A stretch of DNA of 63,576 nt, from contig NC_068982.1 in assembly GCF_001194135.2 (NCBI RefSeq), positions 90,222,496-90,286,071 on the forward strand, written 5' to 3'. Each line of letters opens with the position of its first letter. The first letter of the stretch is position 1. This document shows, piece after piece, positions 11,621 through 25,730 of this stretch. Source of the stretch: Octopus bimaculoides (Eukaryota). The translations under genes were made by a program, and so were the position numbers. The notes beneath the pieces were generated by a model, which was not told the DNA's origin, searched no databases, and saw nothing but the letters and a program-made list of their open reading frames with translations.

Positions 11621-12098
11621 CATTCAACCACGGTAGTAGTTGAATATATTCTTAAGTAAACCATTTCGTCAATCGCAGCAGCTTCCAAGCTTCGCCACTA
11701 ATTCAAGTCTCAACTAGATTGCAAGCCGTTAATAGTTTTAAAGAGGATACTTCCTCAGCTACACTTTGGCATAAATAGTTTGAGATTTGGTTTAGTAGAA
11801 AAAACGTTACATCAAAATATCTGCGACCTCAAGAGGGGCAGTAAGGAAGATATTCACCTTCAATTAACGTTATTTTTTAAATTTTAAATTAAAAGTATAC
11901 TTTTCTTGGGCTTAAATGATAGAAAAATGCATGATGAATTCAGAGTCGGTAATTGCATTGAATAAAAATTAGTAGAAAAAAAGTTATCAAGTAAAAGATT
12001 TCGAAATTTTATGTCAGTAAGTAAGGATGTAAGAGTGTAACGCTTAAGCAATAAAAATAAAGAATATAATTCTAAAGTGAAGGTATGTGCTTCAAGGT

Positions 12099-12192
12099 GG
12101 CGAGCTGGCAGGAACGTTAACACGCCGGGCGAAGTTCTTATCGGTATTTCGTCTGTTTTTGATTTCAAATTACGCCGCGGTCGACTTTGACG
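12099..12192 (+). mobile_element. SINE family A, 5' fragment
   Basis: GGCGAGCTGGCAGGAACGTTAACACGCCGGGCGAA...GGTCGACTTTG. Confidence 0.8.
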
Positions 12193-12418
12193 CACAGATT
12201 ATTTAATGTCTTCTTTTTTGTTTAACTAAACACTTTCAAACTTCGATACTGGTAGAATGTGTCACATAGAACAGGGTTTATTCTTAACGTTTTTGACAAA
12301 ATTTTGTATTTTAGAAGTTATTTCCTCAGAAGGTACAGTGACAATGGACAAATTCGTGTTTGATAAGTGCCAATACATGAAACTCTCAGCTTTTGACTTA
12401 CTCTCTAACCTCTGCCGA

Positions 12419-12456
<38 letters not shown>

Positions 12457-13990
12457 NNNNNNNNNNNNNNNNNNNNNNNNNNNNNNNNNNNNNNNNNNNN
12501 NNNNNNNNNNNNNNNNNNNNNNNNNNNNNNNNNNNNNNNNNNNNNNNNNNNNNNNNATGTAATGTCCTAGATTATCCCTAAAAAGACGGTTTGCTGAAGG
12601 CTGGAATATCTTTGATGATACGTTTGCAGTATCAGGGTTTATTTGAGGCTAAATAACAACATTATGGTAAATTAACATCCGCACGATTTTCACTAAGAAA
12701 AAAAATTGATTCTTTGCGTGGAATCAAGTACCCTGACCTTCTAATGTGCTACAAATCCCTTATTTTGCTTCGGAAAAAATGAGGTGGGATACCCCCCACC
12801 CAATCCCGGTATCATTGGAAGTTTCTTTTTTCGTCGAATGAATTGCTGTGACCTCCTTATATTGCAAAATTAGATTAAATATATTTAAATTAGTGAGCCT
12901 GGTAACTAATGGTTTTGGGGTCATGTTGTTTGTACCTTTTGGTGAGACACGGTGCAACCAACAACATGGTAAAAATCCCTGCCATTAATTTGGTGTGGAT
13001 GCGTAATATCAAATAATTCAATTACAACATATATTTAAATTGAACATGAAAAAAATTGAAATATTATCATCACTTACATGGAAAAATTGAAATATTATCT
13101 TTCAGTATTTTATAAGATAAAATCTTAAATTATTAATTGACATATTGTTAATTATCTTATAACAGCAATGCCTGGAAAAATCATGGATTACACGGAAAAA
13201 TGTGAGCAAGAATAAGAAACGTTTTACTTACACTATTGCAGCTAAAATTAAAATTTGAATATTAAAACTTATTTAATTATAGTTTACAAATAACACTATA
13301 CTTGTTTAAGTAGAATTTGGCTAATTTACTACTTTAAATACAGAAAAAAATTACTTATTAGACAAACTTACAAATTACAAATTTAAAAGATGAGAACTGT
13401 AAAGAGTGATAAATTAGAAGAACTGGCATTCTTTGCTGCAATATTTTAAGTAAAAAGTTTCTTATTCTTTACTTTACTAGAAGTAATAGCTTGTCCAATA
13501 CTTTTACAGATGTAATAACTTGTCCTGTACTTTTCCAGGTTTACAACCATAAGAATATTACTTTTCATGCTCGCATTTTTCCATATAATGTATGTATGTA
13601 TGTATGTATGTATGGATGGATGGATCAGTTTCTATATTCTCCAAATGTTCACTTGTTTTATGAGGTACGTTTTACCTGCCCGTCGTTTGGTTTTTAAATT
13701 TTAAACAAGACTGGGTAATTTTTCAGCACATTTCATGATTAACCTCAACTTATCAAAGTTTTTCCAATCCAATCTTTTAAAAATATGAAACCCCACTTGA
13801 TATATACATATATATATATGCATATATATATATATATATATAGTAGGTAAAACAGTACACTAAACTGTCTTATTTCAGGCGTATTTGTTATTTCATATTT
13901 CTGTGTGAAATGCTTGGGTCACTGGCTAATTTTTAATTCAGTCTGTTGTAAACATTTTTCTTCCGTAAATTCGCATCTAATTTCTTTCAG

Positions 13991-14056
13991 TCACTAGCCA
14001 TCCCTTGTTTCATCCTGCTGTTCGTCAGTGAGGCATTTTTTTCGTTTAGCATTTCA
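13991..14056 (+). CDS. Candidate 66-nt phase-0 exon, hydrophobic (SLAIPCFILLFVSEAFFSFSIS)
   Basis: CTAATTTCTTTCAG acceptor and TCA|GTAAGA donor. Length is a multiple of 3 and only frame 0 is open. Confidence 0.3.
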
Positions 14057-15508
14057 GTAAGATGACTGTTAAAAATTAATTACTAGAGGATTATCATAAA
14101 TATTTGATATCAGTAATTTTTGCGATGGTAGAAAACAACATGATTGCATTTTCTCTTATGAATTAATGGAATTTGTTCTGCAGCTTAACTTCTTAGTTAT
14201 CATCGGAAATCACCATTTTTCTTTCGAACTAAAAACAAAAACATCGTTGGAAAACAAGTCGAATCACATTATGGACTAAATCTATCAACATCTCGTTTCT
14301 ATAAGATTATAGACATTGCTGCAAGTACGCTTATGACATTGAGTTCATAAATCCAAGAATTTATTCATGTCAAATCGTTGCTTGAGTTTGTAATCTAACT
14401 ATCTGCCATCAAACTCGCCAATGTTATAATTGGCAAGCGATTGTCAATGTATCAAATTAAGTAGGTTTTTAAGTATACATTGCCTTGTTACGAGCTCTCG
14501 TTTGTCTATACATTCTAAGATTGAGCTCTATGACCTTTTATGCTGATCAATGATAGAAGCTCAATGCGATATACATGGCGATGCAACGGCATTTATAAAA
14601 TCTTAGAAACAGACCATTTTAGATCTTTTGTCTGTTAAATTACTTGCCTCACTGCACAAGCTCTATTAATGTGTCGGTCATGAGGAGAAAAAAATGAACT
14701 TTTAATAATGAAATATCACGTATATAAGCGGTCAACCATAATTAATGCAGAAATCTTGAGTTTATAATTCTTCCGGCGTGTCATTCCTCCGTAACTAGAA
14801 TTATGATGATTCAGTAAACAATATTCTAAATTACGGGCAAATATATTTTCTGTTATTTTAGCTTGATCAAATCACATACCGCTACCTAAATAAGAACTGA
14901 TCGTGCAATGCAGCTCTCTAACCATGGATCATATTAATTTGTCATCAGCTAACTATTCCAGAAACCTGAAGTAAAGTATCTTACACGTGGGTCACAACAG
15001 TTGGTAAGAAAACTGTTTCAAATTACAATACATACATACATACATACATACATACATACATACATACACACACNNNNNNNNNNATATATATATATATATA
15101 TACAAAATAATTTGGTTTTGATACAGAAAATTTCAAGTTGTGTATGGGAATGAAGAAAATGAATCGACATCAATATTTCGCTGGTACTCGTTTTATATCG
15201 ACCTCAGATGGAAGAACACCCAAATGAAATAAGCAGAATAGGAAGTTAGATGACTGAAATATATGAATTAGTTCTTTTTATTGAAATACTTGTGTGCCGA
15301 ATACTCACTAGAAAAAGCACAATTTGATGCTGAAACGGGCAATCCTCACCGCCTCACCCACAAAATAGATTATTTTGTAGTATAATAATGATTTCAGAAG
15401 GAAAAGAAGTTGCATCTCCGTCTCATTTCATCAATAATCCCTATTAAAGCAGTTTATTTCGATTTGTCACAGAGATTTTGTACAATTTGGGAAGGTAAAT
15501 GCTTCTTG

Positions 15509-15840
15509 TGAAGGCGCGTGGCCTGGTGATTTTGGACCGGTCGGTGAGCTGTCTTTAAGCAAGGAACATTGCGTCAGGTTTCTTCAGTCTATTCAGTAGG
15601 AAATGAATACTGCTAACTAATTGCTGGAGCTGCCTATCGTTCCAGCTGTCATAACATACATGTATTGCTGAGCTGAAGACTGAGAGAGTCGAAAGGGTGT
15701 CAATGACTACTTGGAACCACATAGGTTCCACAAGTAATCAGCGAAAGCATGGTACATGTCACCAATCTATAGGTGTCCGAGTGTGGCGGCTGGGTGTCTA
15801 AATGTCCCCCGTATGCGCATTACAGGGGGAATAGGCTGAA
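15509..15840 (+). mobile_element. SINE family B, diverged
   Basis: GAAGGCGCGTGGCCT head; TCTTTAAGCAAGGAACATT and AGTCTATTCAGTAGGAAATGAATAC body. Confidence 0.6.
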
Positions 15841-16524
15841 GTGAAATGGCTTTACTACAATTTTTCTTCTTTCTTTATGCTTTTATTATTAATAGGGTAT
15901 TGATGAATGATTGATTGATGATTAGCTGACACTACAACACTACTCTGTTTTATTCAACTTAAATCAGATGTCATTAACTTTTTTTCTTTCTTTCCGACGA
16001 CTCACCCACTCCACGTTGAGCATTGCATCTTTTCAGACATTGATTAAAAAGTTGAGACACTTTTTATTAGAAAATTAATTAATCATTTTTGAATGATTAG
16101 TTCGTTTGAAGAAAAAGGAAATGCCAGGAGGCACCACAGAAAACTTGAAGGATTTATAACGCTTTAATGATTTTTCTGTTAGCTGCTTCTTATCTATATG
16201 TATTGCAGTGAACGTATATGAATGGCACTTAGCACTTCCTCTAAAACGATTGAAAGGGAGAATCCAAAAATAACATTTCATATACTCTGCATCATTAATA
16301 TCGATAACGTACGGAAAGATTCTCCGGCTACCGAATACATAACATTTCGGAATGCCATCCATGTTATCGTTTCTACAGTTCTCCTAGCTATAAACAGGTT
16401 GCATGGAGAATAAACTAACTCTCTGTTTTAAGCAGAGGAAGAGCTACTTAGTTATGAACATTGTGTCGTCAGTTTAAAGTAATTAAGCGAAGCTATTCTA
16501 AGGATCTTTATCGTTTATCATTTA

Positions 16525-16815
16525 TTTGTTCCAGTTATTGAACTTCGGCCCTATTGTGGTGCCGCCTTCAAGGGTGCAGTCGAACACATCGATCCGCGTA
16601 CTTAGTTTAACTGTTAAGTCAATTATTTTTATTGTTTCTCTTACCGAACCACTAATTTACGGAAACGAACACAAGCCAACATCGAATGATAAGCGACGGC
16701 CTTGGGCAAACACAACACAAAGATACGCACAAACATTTACATATGTATGTATGTGTATGTATGTATGTATATATATAATAATATATATACACATATATAT
16801 ATAATAATATATATG

Positions 16816-16862
<47 letters not shown>

Positions 16863-16905
16863 NNNNNNNNNNNNTATGCATATATATATAACATATATAT
16901 ATATG

Positions 16906-16943
<38 letters not shown>

Positions 16944-17090
16944 TATGACGGACTTTCTCGTAGTTACCGTCTACCAAATTCACTTATAAAGTATTAATCA
17001 GCCAGGCGTTATAGTAGAAGATATGTATCCAAGGTGCTACGCAGTGGGACATAATTAAAGCAAGTTTTTTTAATCATACACCAATACGTA
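16525..17090 (-). mobile_element. SINE family C with internal (TA)n/(CA)n microsatellite
   Basis: Plus-strand TTACCGTCTACCAAATTCAC...TAGTAGAAGATATGTATCCAAGGTGCTACGCAGTGGGAC is shared with 17440-17605 and 22790-22922. Confidence 0.75.
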
Positions 17091-17439
17091 TGCCTGTCAC
17101 ATTAAATGACTAAAATAAACTCACTTCAGTGCACTATTCCATAAGAAATATATACCGTTACACTGTCGAAGAGAAGAAAAATGTTTGCAATTTAAACGGC
17201 CCCAAAGGATTGTCTATGACTTGATGATCATCCTTTGCAACTAATAGCAGCTACTAGATGAATCGACTTCTTGATCCGCTTTCGATTTTTATTTGAAATC
17301 ACTCTTATGACACTTCAAACTTAGTAAAGAACGGGAACGTTAATCTAATTCCAATATGCTTATATGTGAAGAAGAAACATATTTCACTGCAATATTGACA
17401 CATATTGGTATTGTTGATGCGATATGTGTTCATTACTTT

Positions 17440-17605
17440 TTATGACGAGCTTCCACAGAGTTTCCGTCTACGGAATTTAACCACAGGGCATTGGTCGGCT
17501 CGAGGATTATAGCAGAAGGTACACGTCTACATACCGCGCAGTGGACTTAACACGCAATCAGGAAGATGCAAAGCGAGCTTCTCAACCATACAGCCATTAT
17601 GGCCA
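17440..17605 (-). mobile_element. SINE family C head fragment
   Basis: AGTTTCCGTCTAC...GGCATTGGTCGGCTCGAGG...CGCAGTGGAC...AACCATACAGCC. Confidence 0.7.
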
Positions 17606-18336
17606 TGTCTGCGTCTATCTGATGTGCTTTAATACTATATTACAAAGGATACTTTGACATTTATCACAAGAGAAGTATTTTAAAGCAATTTTACTTCCCC
17701 TATCAAGAACCTATAAAAGAATTGCAGACAAAAACAGTTCACAATATTCACGCTGAAATGTTTTTAGCGAGCACAGTAAGTAGATAGATACTCTTGATTG
17801 TGAAGGAGTGGCTGTTAGTCTCCACTTCTATTGTTCTCCTACGAAAACGGTGGAATTCATTAGAAATATCGAGATTTACAACGATGATACTTCACAAGGA
17901 GTTTGTATAGAAAAGTAGTGCATTCCGATTTTAAAGTAGCTTCAACTTGTCGGAAAATTATCTCGTTTTCTGAATACAGCAGTAATGAAATGGAAATAGG
18001 AAAACCGTTAACGTAATGTTGTTCGTTGGGTTCTACGTATTAAGAAGATGCTAGAAGAAATTGCTGTTGGTAGGATGATTAGCATAATTGCCTGGTATAT
18101 AGGAAAATGTATTTTCGCAATTCAAGAAACAGAAGATATGAAATATGAAAAGACTGAATATAAAATGTGCATTTAGTAACATTTGCATGGTTGTGCATTA
18201 ACACATACATTATGTAAGTCCAGCTATATATACGCATGTAAAAATATCCTTACATGCATACATAGACACACGCATAGGCATAACTATATGTATATTTGTG
18301 CACATACATTTATCCATATATACATATGAGTGGGTA

Positions 18337-18377
<41 letters not shown>

Positions 18378-20048
18378 CACACACACACATATACGAGGGG
18401 TTACAACATCTGTGTGTGTGTGTGCGTAGGGGGATTTCTCTCTCTCTCTCTCTCTTTCTCTGTGCGCGTGCGTATGTAATTATGCAAAGATTCTCATTAG
18501 CGTGTCTTCACTGGTTTTAAGTCAGAGATGTCAGATAACCATAATTATGAATGTAATTTTTGTTATCCTCTCTAGAATAACAAACGCTTTTTATACGACA
18601 TCGTAAAACAGAATCAAGACATATTTCTTTTTAAAAAAATCAATATCTTTATTTCCTTTTTTGTTTTTACTGGTGGTGGTTGTGGTGATGTTGTCGCTGC
18701 ATGTTTTGCAGTTGGAATGAATTTAGTCACCCCAGTCAGTTGACAAATTGAAAATTTCCTGGAAAATAATCTCGCAGTTATACAAACAAAAAACAACGAC
18801 GAATGTGCGTGATTCTACAAATCACGCGCATTCAGCTAGATGTTTTGTTTTTTTTTTGTCTCCTTTTTTATTGGCTTGCTATATACTCATGGCCAATACA
18901 GGCCCCTAGGTCTTCTCAGCTGCAGGCACATTTGAATAGGAAATATTGCACATAAAATCCTCAGTTGGCTGTTGTTGTTTGTCTCAAATCTGAAGCAATC
19001 CACCCGTAAAGCAATCTAATTCCGGTAATCTCTTCGTTATTGGAATATCATTTATTTTTTAACATTATTCCCATACACCTGGGTGGCCATGACACGCGTA
19101 TGATTAATGATTTTGAAGTTTGTACATGTTAGTCGAAAATATCACTTTTCTATCTCGATGAAAGAGGTGATTTAGATCTTGCTTTTCAATGCCTGATATA
19201 ATATATATTGCGGGCATTTACACAAGTTTATGTCCAAATAATGGGTAAGATGAATATGAAAGTCGCTATTATAAAAGAGTCTCTCTCTCTCTCTCTCCCC
19301 CTCCCTCTCTCTCCCCCTCCCTCTCNNNNNNNNNNNNNNNNNNNNNNNNNNNNNNNNNNNNNNNNNNNNNNNNNNNNNNNNNNNNNNNNNNNNNNNNNNN
19401 NNNNNNNNNNNNNNNNNNNNNNNNNNNNNNNNNNNNNNNNNNNNNNNNNNNNNNNNNNNNNNNNNNNNNNNNNNNNNNNNNNNNNNNNNNNNNNNNNNNN
19501 NNNNNNNNNNNNNNNNNNNNNNNNNNNNNNNNNNNNNNNNNNNNNNNNNNNNNNNNNNNNNNNNNNNNNNNNNNNNNNNNNNNNNNNNNNNNNNNNNNNN
19601 NNNNNNNNNNNNNNNNNNNNNNNNNNNNNNNNNNNNNNNNNNNNNNNNNNNNNNNNNNNNNNNNNNNNNNNNNNNNNNNNNNNNNNNNNNNNNNNNNNNN
19701 NNNNNNNNNNNNNNNNNNNNNNNNNNNNNNNNNNNNNNNNNNNNNNNNNNNNNNNNNNNNNNNNNNNNNNNNNNNNNNNNNNNNNNNNNNNNNNNNNNNN
19801 NNNNNNNNNNNNNNNNNNNNNNNNNNNNNNNNNNNNNNNNNNNNNNNNNNNNNNNNNNNNNNNNNNNNNNNNNNNNNNNNNNNNNNNNNNNNNNNNNNNN
19901 NNNNNNNNNNNNNNNNNNNNNNNNNNNNNNNNNNNNNNNNNNNNNNNNNNNNNNNNNNNNNNNNNNNNNNNNNNNNNNNNNNNNNNNNNNNNNNNNNNNN
20001 NNNNNNNNNNNNNNNTATATATATATATATATTTACTTATTTATTGTA

Positions 20049-20359
20049 TCTCTACAATTGTTTCCACGCAATGTAGTTCTCCAGGTGTGCAGGAAATTGA
20101 TCATCAACCGTTTCCCTCCATTAGGAGATCTAATTGTATTTCCTCACGTGATATGTAAATATTGTCTTCGCAAGCGCAAATTCTCAGCTTCAAGAACATC
20201 CTCTCTGTCTGTCGTCGCCTGAATTTAGTAGTAGTCACTGCGTTTATCATGGTGTGTTGTTGCTGAAGGACCGTTAGCAGTCGTTCAGTCAAAATGCAGA
20301 GAAACGGTTACATGATCAAGTACCTGGAGAACTACGTTGCGTGGAAACTATTGTAGTGA
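20049..20359. mobile_element. MITE (311 bp) with long TIRs
   Basis: 38-bp TIRs at 20049-20086 and 20322-20359 (35/38 match), continuing inward after an indel (TTGATCAT..AACCGTTTC). Flanked by TA on both sides. Confidence 0.85.
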
Positions 20360-20945
20360 TAGAAAAAAATGTACAAACGTATTCTTTCTTGTTGACTCCA
20401 AATTTTTAGAATTATTCATTCACGTACGATAGATGCCCAAACGCAAACTTGGAAGAATGCATAATACTACTACTGGAAGAGGGCGAGCTTTATACTATAC
20501 TCTACTGCATTCTTAACAGAATATACCATGTCTACATACATATGTATATTGATACACACACACACATATTATATTATAAACTATTGTTGAACATTAGCAA
20601 CGTTAGAAACTGGTTTCTAGTTGGCTAGTTACTGATTCATAGTATTTTCAACAGGTTAAAGATACATTTTCGCTTTCATTGAATCATCTGTGAATCGTAG
20701 TACAGTAGAAATATGTAAAGGACCATAGTTGATAAACTGAACGAGTTTTATTTCTTTCGCTGATAGATGCTATCGAAGGCTGCGCGTATGTGCTTGTATA
20801 TGTGTGTATGTCTGTGTCTATGCATGTCTATATTATGTATGTATATATGTATGTATGTGTTTGTGTATGTATGTATCTATGTCTGCCTTCTATCCTATCT
20901 CTCAGTCTCTCTCTCTTTCTCTCTCTCTCTCTGTATATATATATG

Positions 20946-21005
<60 letters not shown>

Positions 21006-21299
21006 CAACAGGACTCCTCATAGTTTCCATTGACTAAATTTCACTCATTAGACAATGGTCAATCCGAAGCTGAGATTGAAGACAATTGCTCGAAATGACA
21101 AGAAGTGGGATCGAAATCAATACAGTTCTGATGCGAAACAAAATCCGTAACAATTCAGTCATCATGGCCTCATATTCATTGTAAGAGTATCTGATATTAA
21201 AAATATAACAAATTAAATTAAAAGTTGAACTTAAACACTGCATGAAAGAGTCGTCAGTTAGCAGAAACAGTTATTGAAGAAATGAGTTTCGACACTATA

Positions 21300-23377
21300 T
21301 GTTACAGGTTCCCACGCGAAAGAAAAAGGGGAAATGAGACTGTGAGACTACTACAAGGAACATGCATATTATATGGATGTAACTTTCGTTCTTGGAAGGT
21401 TAGTTAATTTGCGAAAATACACTTTCAAACCCAGAGCTATTTCTTATAGGGAAACATAAAATAATACATTACTAGAAAAACGTGGGTGAAAACAGCAGAA
21501 ATAAAAGGATAAAACATTTATACCTTTGGTAATGTAAATTACGAAAAGATCACCATATTGGAAAACAAACAAAATTATAACAAGACAATAAAGTCGAGAC
21601 GCAATATGCTGGTAAAATACTGACCAAGGAAAGTAGAATCAAGGTTTCGGAAACGAAGATATGAATAAAATTGTGGGAAAGATTTAACAGAACATTTTAA
21701 AGATAGAAATTTTGAATATGAGTATGATCTAAATATGAAAATAGTTAACTAATTAACATCGATAAAAGATATCCATATGTACCACCACCAAATGAAAATA
21801 TATGGTATCTCAATATTTAATGCATTTAAAAAACAAAATAATAAAGAAAAGAGAATTATAACGGAAATGCAAAGTAAGAATAAATATATCGAAAAAACAT
21901 TCTAAAATTTTGAAAACACCTAAATCAAGAGATTACAACTCAAGCGCAAATAATTAATTGTTGTGTAAAGCGAGAACGATTCTTTGAACAAACTAAACAG
22001 TTTTGACTCCAACCCAAAGCGATAAGAACAGAACAGAAATCAATGCTTTGCCAACGGCTAGAGAAACAAAATATTCTGGGAAATGTGTGGATAGTGAAGG
22101 AATCTTGACAGACAAGATTCTTTAAATATGAGAATGAACAAGTGGAAAGCATTAGAAAGCGATAAACAGCGAGTCCTTTGAAGTATTTAACAGAAACACA
22201 GACAGTTGACGAAAATATTGGAGCCACATTTGACACTTGAATAATTCTACGCATAGAAACTCCCCCCCCCCCCCCACCGCTAACACGCACGGCTAAAGAA
22301 ACAATAAATACCTAGAAAATTACAGACACCCAAGTAAATTTTTGTACCTGCTGCATGAAAGTATCTATCACCCTGTAGTAGATAGAAAAACTTTATTTAC
22401 AATATTGCAGAGGGTAAATACTGACTGGCGAATATAAACTTACGGAAAAACAGAAGAGATGTTGCAAAATATGGTGCAAATATCTATCACTGATCAACAA
22501 CGCCATATGGAAAGTACAGAAGTTAGGAACAGTGTATCAAGTGAACTGGTTATCAGAAACTTTTGAAAAAGGTGTCTTTACCAGTGGGTTCTAGAAATAT
22601 TAGCCATGAATGCGTACCAACAGTAACTCGTAGGCATATAAAACAATTCAGCAGATAAGGTAAAACTATGAATCCATTATAAGTAATAGGAGAATTTAAG
22701 AAAAATAGTTATCTTTGCATCATGCACAATATAATTACATCGTTGAAAGGCAATTCACGGTATTCTTTCAGAAATAAAATCGTTGTAATAACATCCACTC
22801 ACAAGGTGTTGGTCGGCCGGAGACTATAATAGAAGACACTTGCCCAAGGATCTCGCTGTGGGCCTGAACTCAAAACCATATGGCTGGGAAGTCAGTTTCT
22901 TCTTACCACACGGTCACGCCTCGTTTTTGCTCAGTTTCACACAAAACTTTATTGCATAGCGAGCTTTCGAATTGTAGTCACATATTGACTGCATTCAACA
23001 AATTAGTCAACTGTGACAAGCAGTGTTTGTTAAAATGTGTTTAAAGGGCTGCTGCAGGTGTCTCCTTCCATCTGGTATAAAACATTTGCAGCTCAGCTTA
23101 TTAGATGTATAATAATGATATAATAAATGTTTAATTATCAAAGACAGATGTAACTCCCTTTTCTAACATAGGTTCAATTCTTCTGAAATATACCTCGTAT
23201 TTATCACTTAAAATGTGCATACTATTGCGTCCCTATGCCATAATGAATAGTGAATGAATAATACTATGTACGTTTTAGAAATACTTTATCATAAACAATG
23301 TCTTTGTTCTTGCATAAAAAAATATAGTCCGTGAGTTTCTCCTATTTATGGCTTCTATGTGACCGCAATCATTTGTG

Positions 23378-23426
<49 letters not shown>

Positions 23427-24680
23427 NNNNNNNNNNNNNNNNNNNNNNNNNNNNNNNNNNNNNNNNNNNNNNNNNGTGTGTGCGTGTGTGTGTGTATGTG
23501 TGTGTGTGTCTGTGTGTGTATGTGTGTGTGTGTCTGTGTGTGTGTGCGTGTGTGTGTGTGTGAGAGTATGTGTTCGTGTATGTGCGTGTATGTGTGTATT
23601 TTGATGTGTTTGTACTTGTGAAGTACCTCATGCTTGTACATGTTTCATTGCATTTGTTGCTTCTGTGTAGGCTGTCTTTAGAAAAATTGCGAAACCCAAA
23701 GCTATGACCAAAGTAACTTTGCACGAGTAGAAATTATCCAAAACACAATGAAGGGAAATACACGCAACAACTGCATAATACGTGGGAATACCCAAAAGAA
23801 AAGAGATGCTTCAGCTATTGATCACAATGTATCTTGGAGTATTACAAAATAGCTGTATTCTTTGCGATATGCTAAAGCACATAGGCAAGGACATCAAAGT
23901 AAACTATCTTGATATGTTTGCTCAAATATCACAAGCAAATGAAATTTTTCCCAAATGATGCATCACTTGTAATACACTAAAATATATATCGCACAGAAAG
24001 GAACGAACTCTTCATATATAAAGATCTGAAATTAGACAGAATGGAGAATTGAAAATATAAACAACACGTATAATAATAGGTACTTTCAAATTGTATAACA
24101 CGTTGTTGATAGATTTAATAAATTTAAATATCTTATATATATACCCAAAGTACAACGAAAATGCACATCCTTAGCACTAGATAGATATTATATAGTATAC
24201 TTTCAATAACATGGAAAAAGCCGCACATAAAATAAAGTACTAAATGTACCTAAGCATTCGGACATTCGATTATGCTCTGAAAGCTTGCTATAACAATATA
24301 ATAAAATAACGATCTTAGTCACGATAGCGATTTACACTAGAAATTATGCCAGCATTTGGAAATACCGACAGAAAAGTTTGGCTTTAGCATATAGCAGAAA
24401 CCGTTTCTGCGAATGACGGATCCACGGTACTTTGGAATATGTCGATCAACGCCGACAAGAAGATTCAGCTAATCGACCAGATATTCTTTTCAAGGGCGTG
24501 TTGGAAAGTGCATTCTAATCGAGCGATCAGTCCAAACAGATGATAATATATTTATCAAGATAATTGAGTTTTTGCGTACATAAACCTGTGGTGTACCTGA
24601 ACATATCACCAGTGATGCTTTTTATCATTGATGGTTTCAAGTCTTTCAGTAAGTAAACACAGTCAATCAGGCGACAAAAC
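21300..24680 (+). mobile_element. Old, highly decayed R4/Dong-like (REL endonuclease) LINE, interrupted by a SINE and microsatellites
   Basis: Piecewise translation: MYLGVLQ (about 23800); IRLC, H*KLCQH (24250-24350); ETVSANDGSTVLWNMSINADKKI, ANRPDIL, KCILIERSVQTDDNIFIK (24397-24570). The left boundary is approximate. Confidence 0.65.
22790..22922 (-). mobile_element. SINE family C head fragment
   Basis: CCACTCACAAGGTGTTGGTCGGCCGGAGACTATAATAGAAGACACTTGCCCAAGG...TTACCACACGGTCACGCC. Confidence 0.8.
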
Positions 24681-25249
24681 CGGTGGTTGATCAAACCCCA
24701 GCTTATGTCTAATTAGTGCTACCCACTGTTACAGCATAACTCTCCCACGTAGGCATATATCATTCTCTTCATCTCATTTACTTTCTCAGTTCGGCTTTTA
24801 GAACCCACATGGCCTTAATAGCAATAATATCACTGAGAATATATATAAAATTATAAGAACCTGTTTCCAGAAGAGGAGAAGAAATACTGCAAAAGTTCAT
24901 ATAGTTGAAGTGATCAATTATTTATCAAGAAATCCTTAACTGACGAATTTTGAGAGAAGGGTGAGTTAAGTTTGAAGTCTTGCAATTTAGCTCCCTTCAT
25001 TGAAGTATTTCAGTTGAGTTCTCCTGGGTATTAAATTCTAACTGCATTATTATGAAATTGCAAACTATACAATGTGTTCGGTCGGGACCAGCAAGGTTGT
25101 CATTGACAAATGCAAAACAAAGGAAAATGTACGACAAATCTGTTGTTTCATTTTCACCTTGGTAGTTTTCGTTGGAACTTAACTAAAACTATTATCAACA
25201 GTGAGCTAAGTCACACCAACATCAAACCCATTATAACTACTAACAACAA

Positions 25250-25400
25250 GCAAACTCCCTATATGGCCAATGGCAAGGAAAATGAACTGAATAGAAATAA
25301 ACAAAGACAAATTGATTTACTGCTAAAACCTAAGACTGAAGTATCTTTGATTGTGGCAGAAGATCAAGGTCTTACTCTTTCACATGTTTTAGTCATTGCA
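25250..25400 (+). mobile_element. R4/Dong-like LINE fragment (explains ORF 25110-25412)
   Basis: SLYGQW and LKPKTEVSLIVAEDQGL match the LHGQ...LKxETEGxIIAAQDQxL region that is also seen at 29420-29550. Confidence 0.5.
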
Positions 25401-25559
25401 CAATGGTTATAAAGGATCAGCATATTTTGGTTAGTCGAAAAAATTCACAGTGGTATTTATTTTGAGTGATACTTATTCTATTGATTCTTTTGCTGAGCCG
25501 CTAATATATATATATATATATATATATATAGGGAGGATTCACAAAAGAAACAAAAGATG

Positions 25560-25730
25560 ATGGCAGGTGGTGTAAATAAAAAACAGATGCATTAGTTTAA
25601 CGCTCAAGGAGTGAAAAATTCTTTAACGTTTCGAGCCTATGCTCTTCCACAGAAAGGAACACAGAAAGAAACAAGGAGAGAAAATAAAGAATGTGTAGTG
25701 GGTAGCGATCTATCATGGCGAGGGCGAGAG
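25560..25730 (-). repeat. Dispersed repeat carrying a hammerhead-like hairpin (PLE pLTR-like)
   Basis: Minus strand CTGTGGA-A-GAGC-ATAG-GCTC-GAAACGTT (25625-25652). TAGTGG(G/C)TAGCGATC(T/A)ATCATGGCG is also present near 6035. Confidence 0.55.

Noticed and set aside
13044-13099. 24-bp direct repeat ACATG(A/G)AAAAATTGAAATATTATC
   Set aside because: A small slippage-type duplication in AT-rich DNA with no associated element.
15681-15705. Hammerhead-like CTGAAGACTGAGAGAGTCGAAA
   Set aside because: Stem II overlaps the core GA (2 nt short) and no stems I or III are evident. Similar partial hits near 9619, 39480, 51820 and 53250 also fail to pair.
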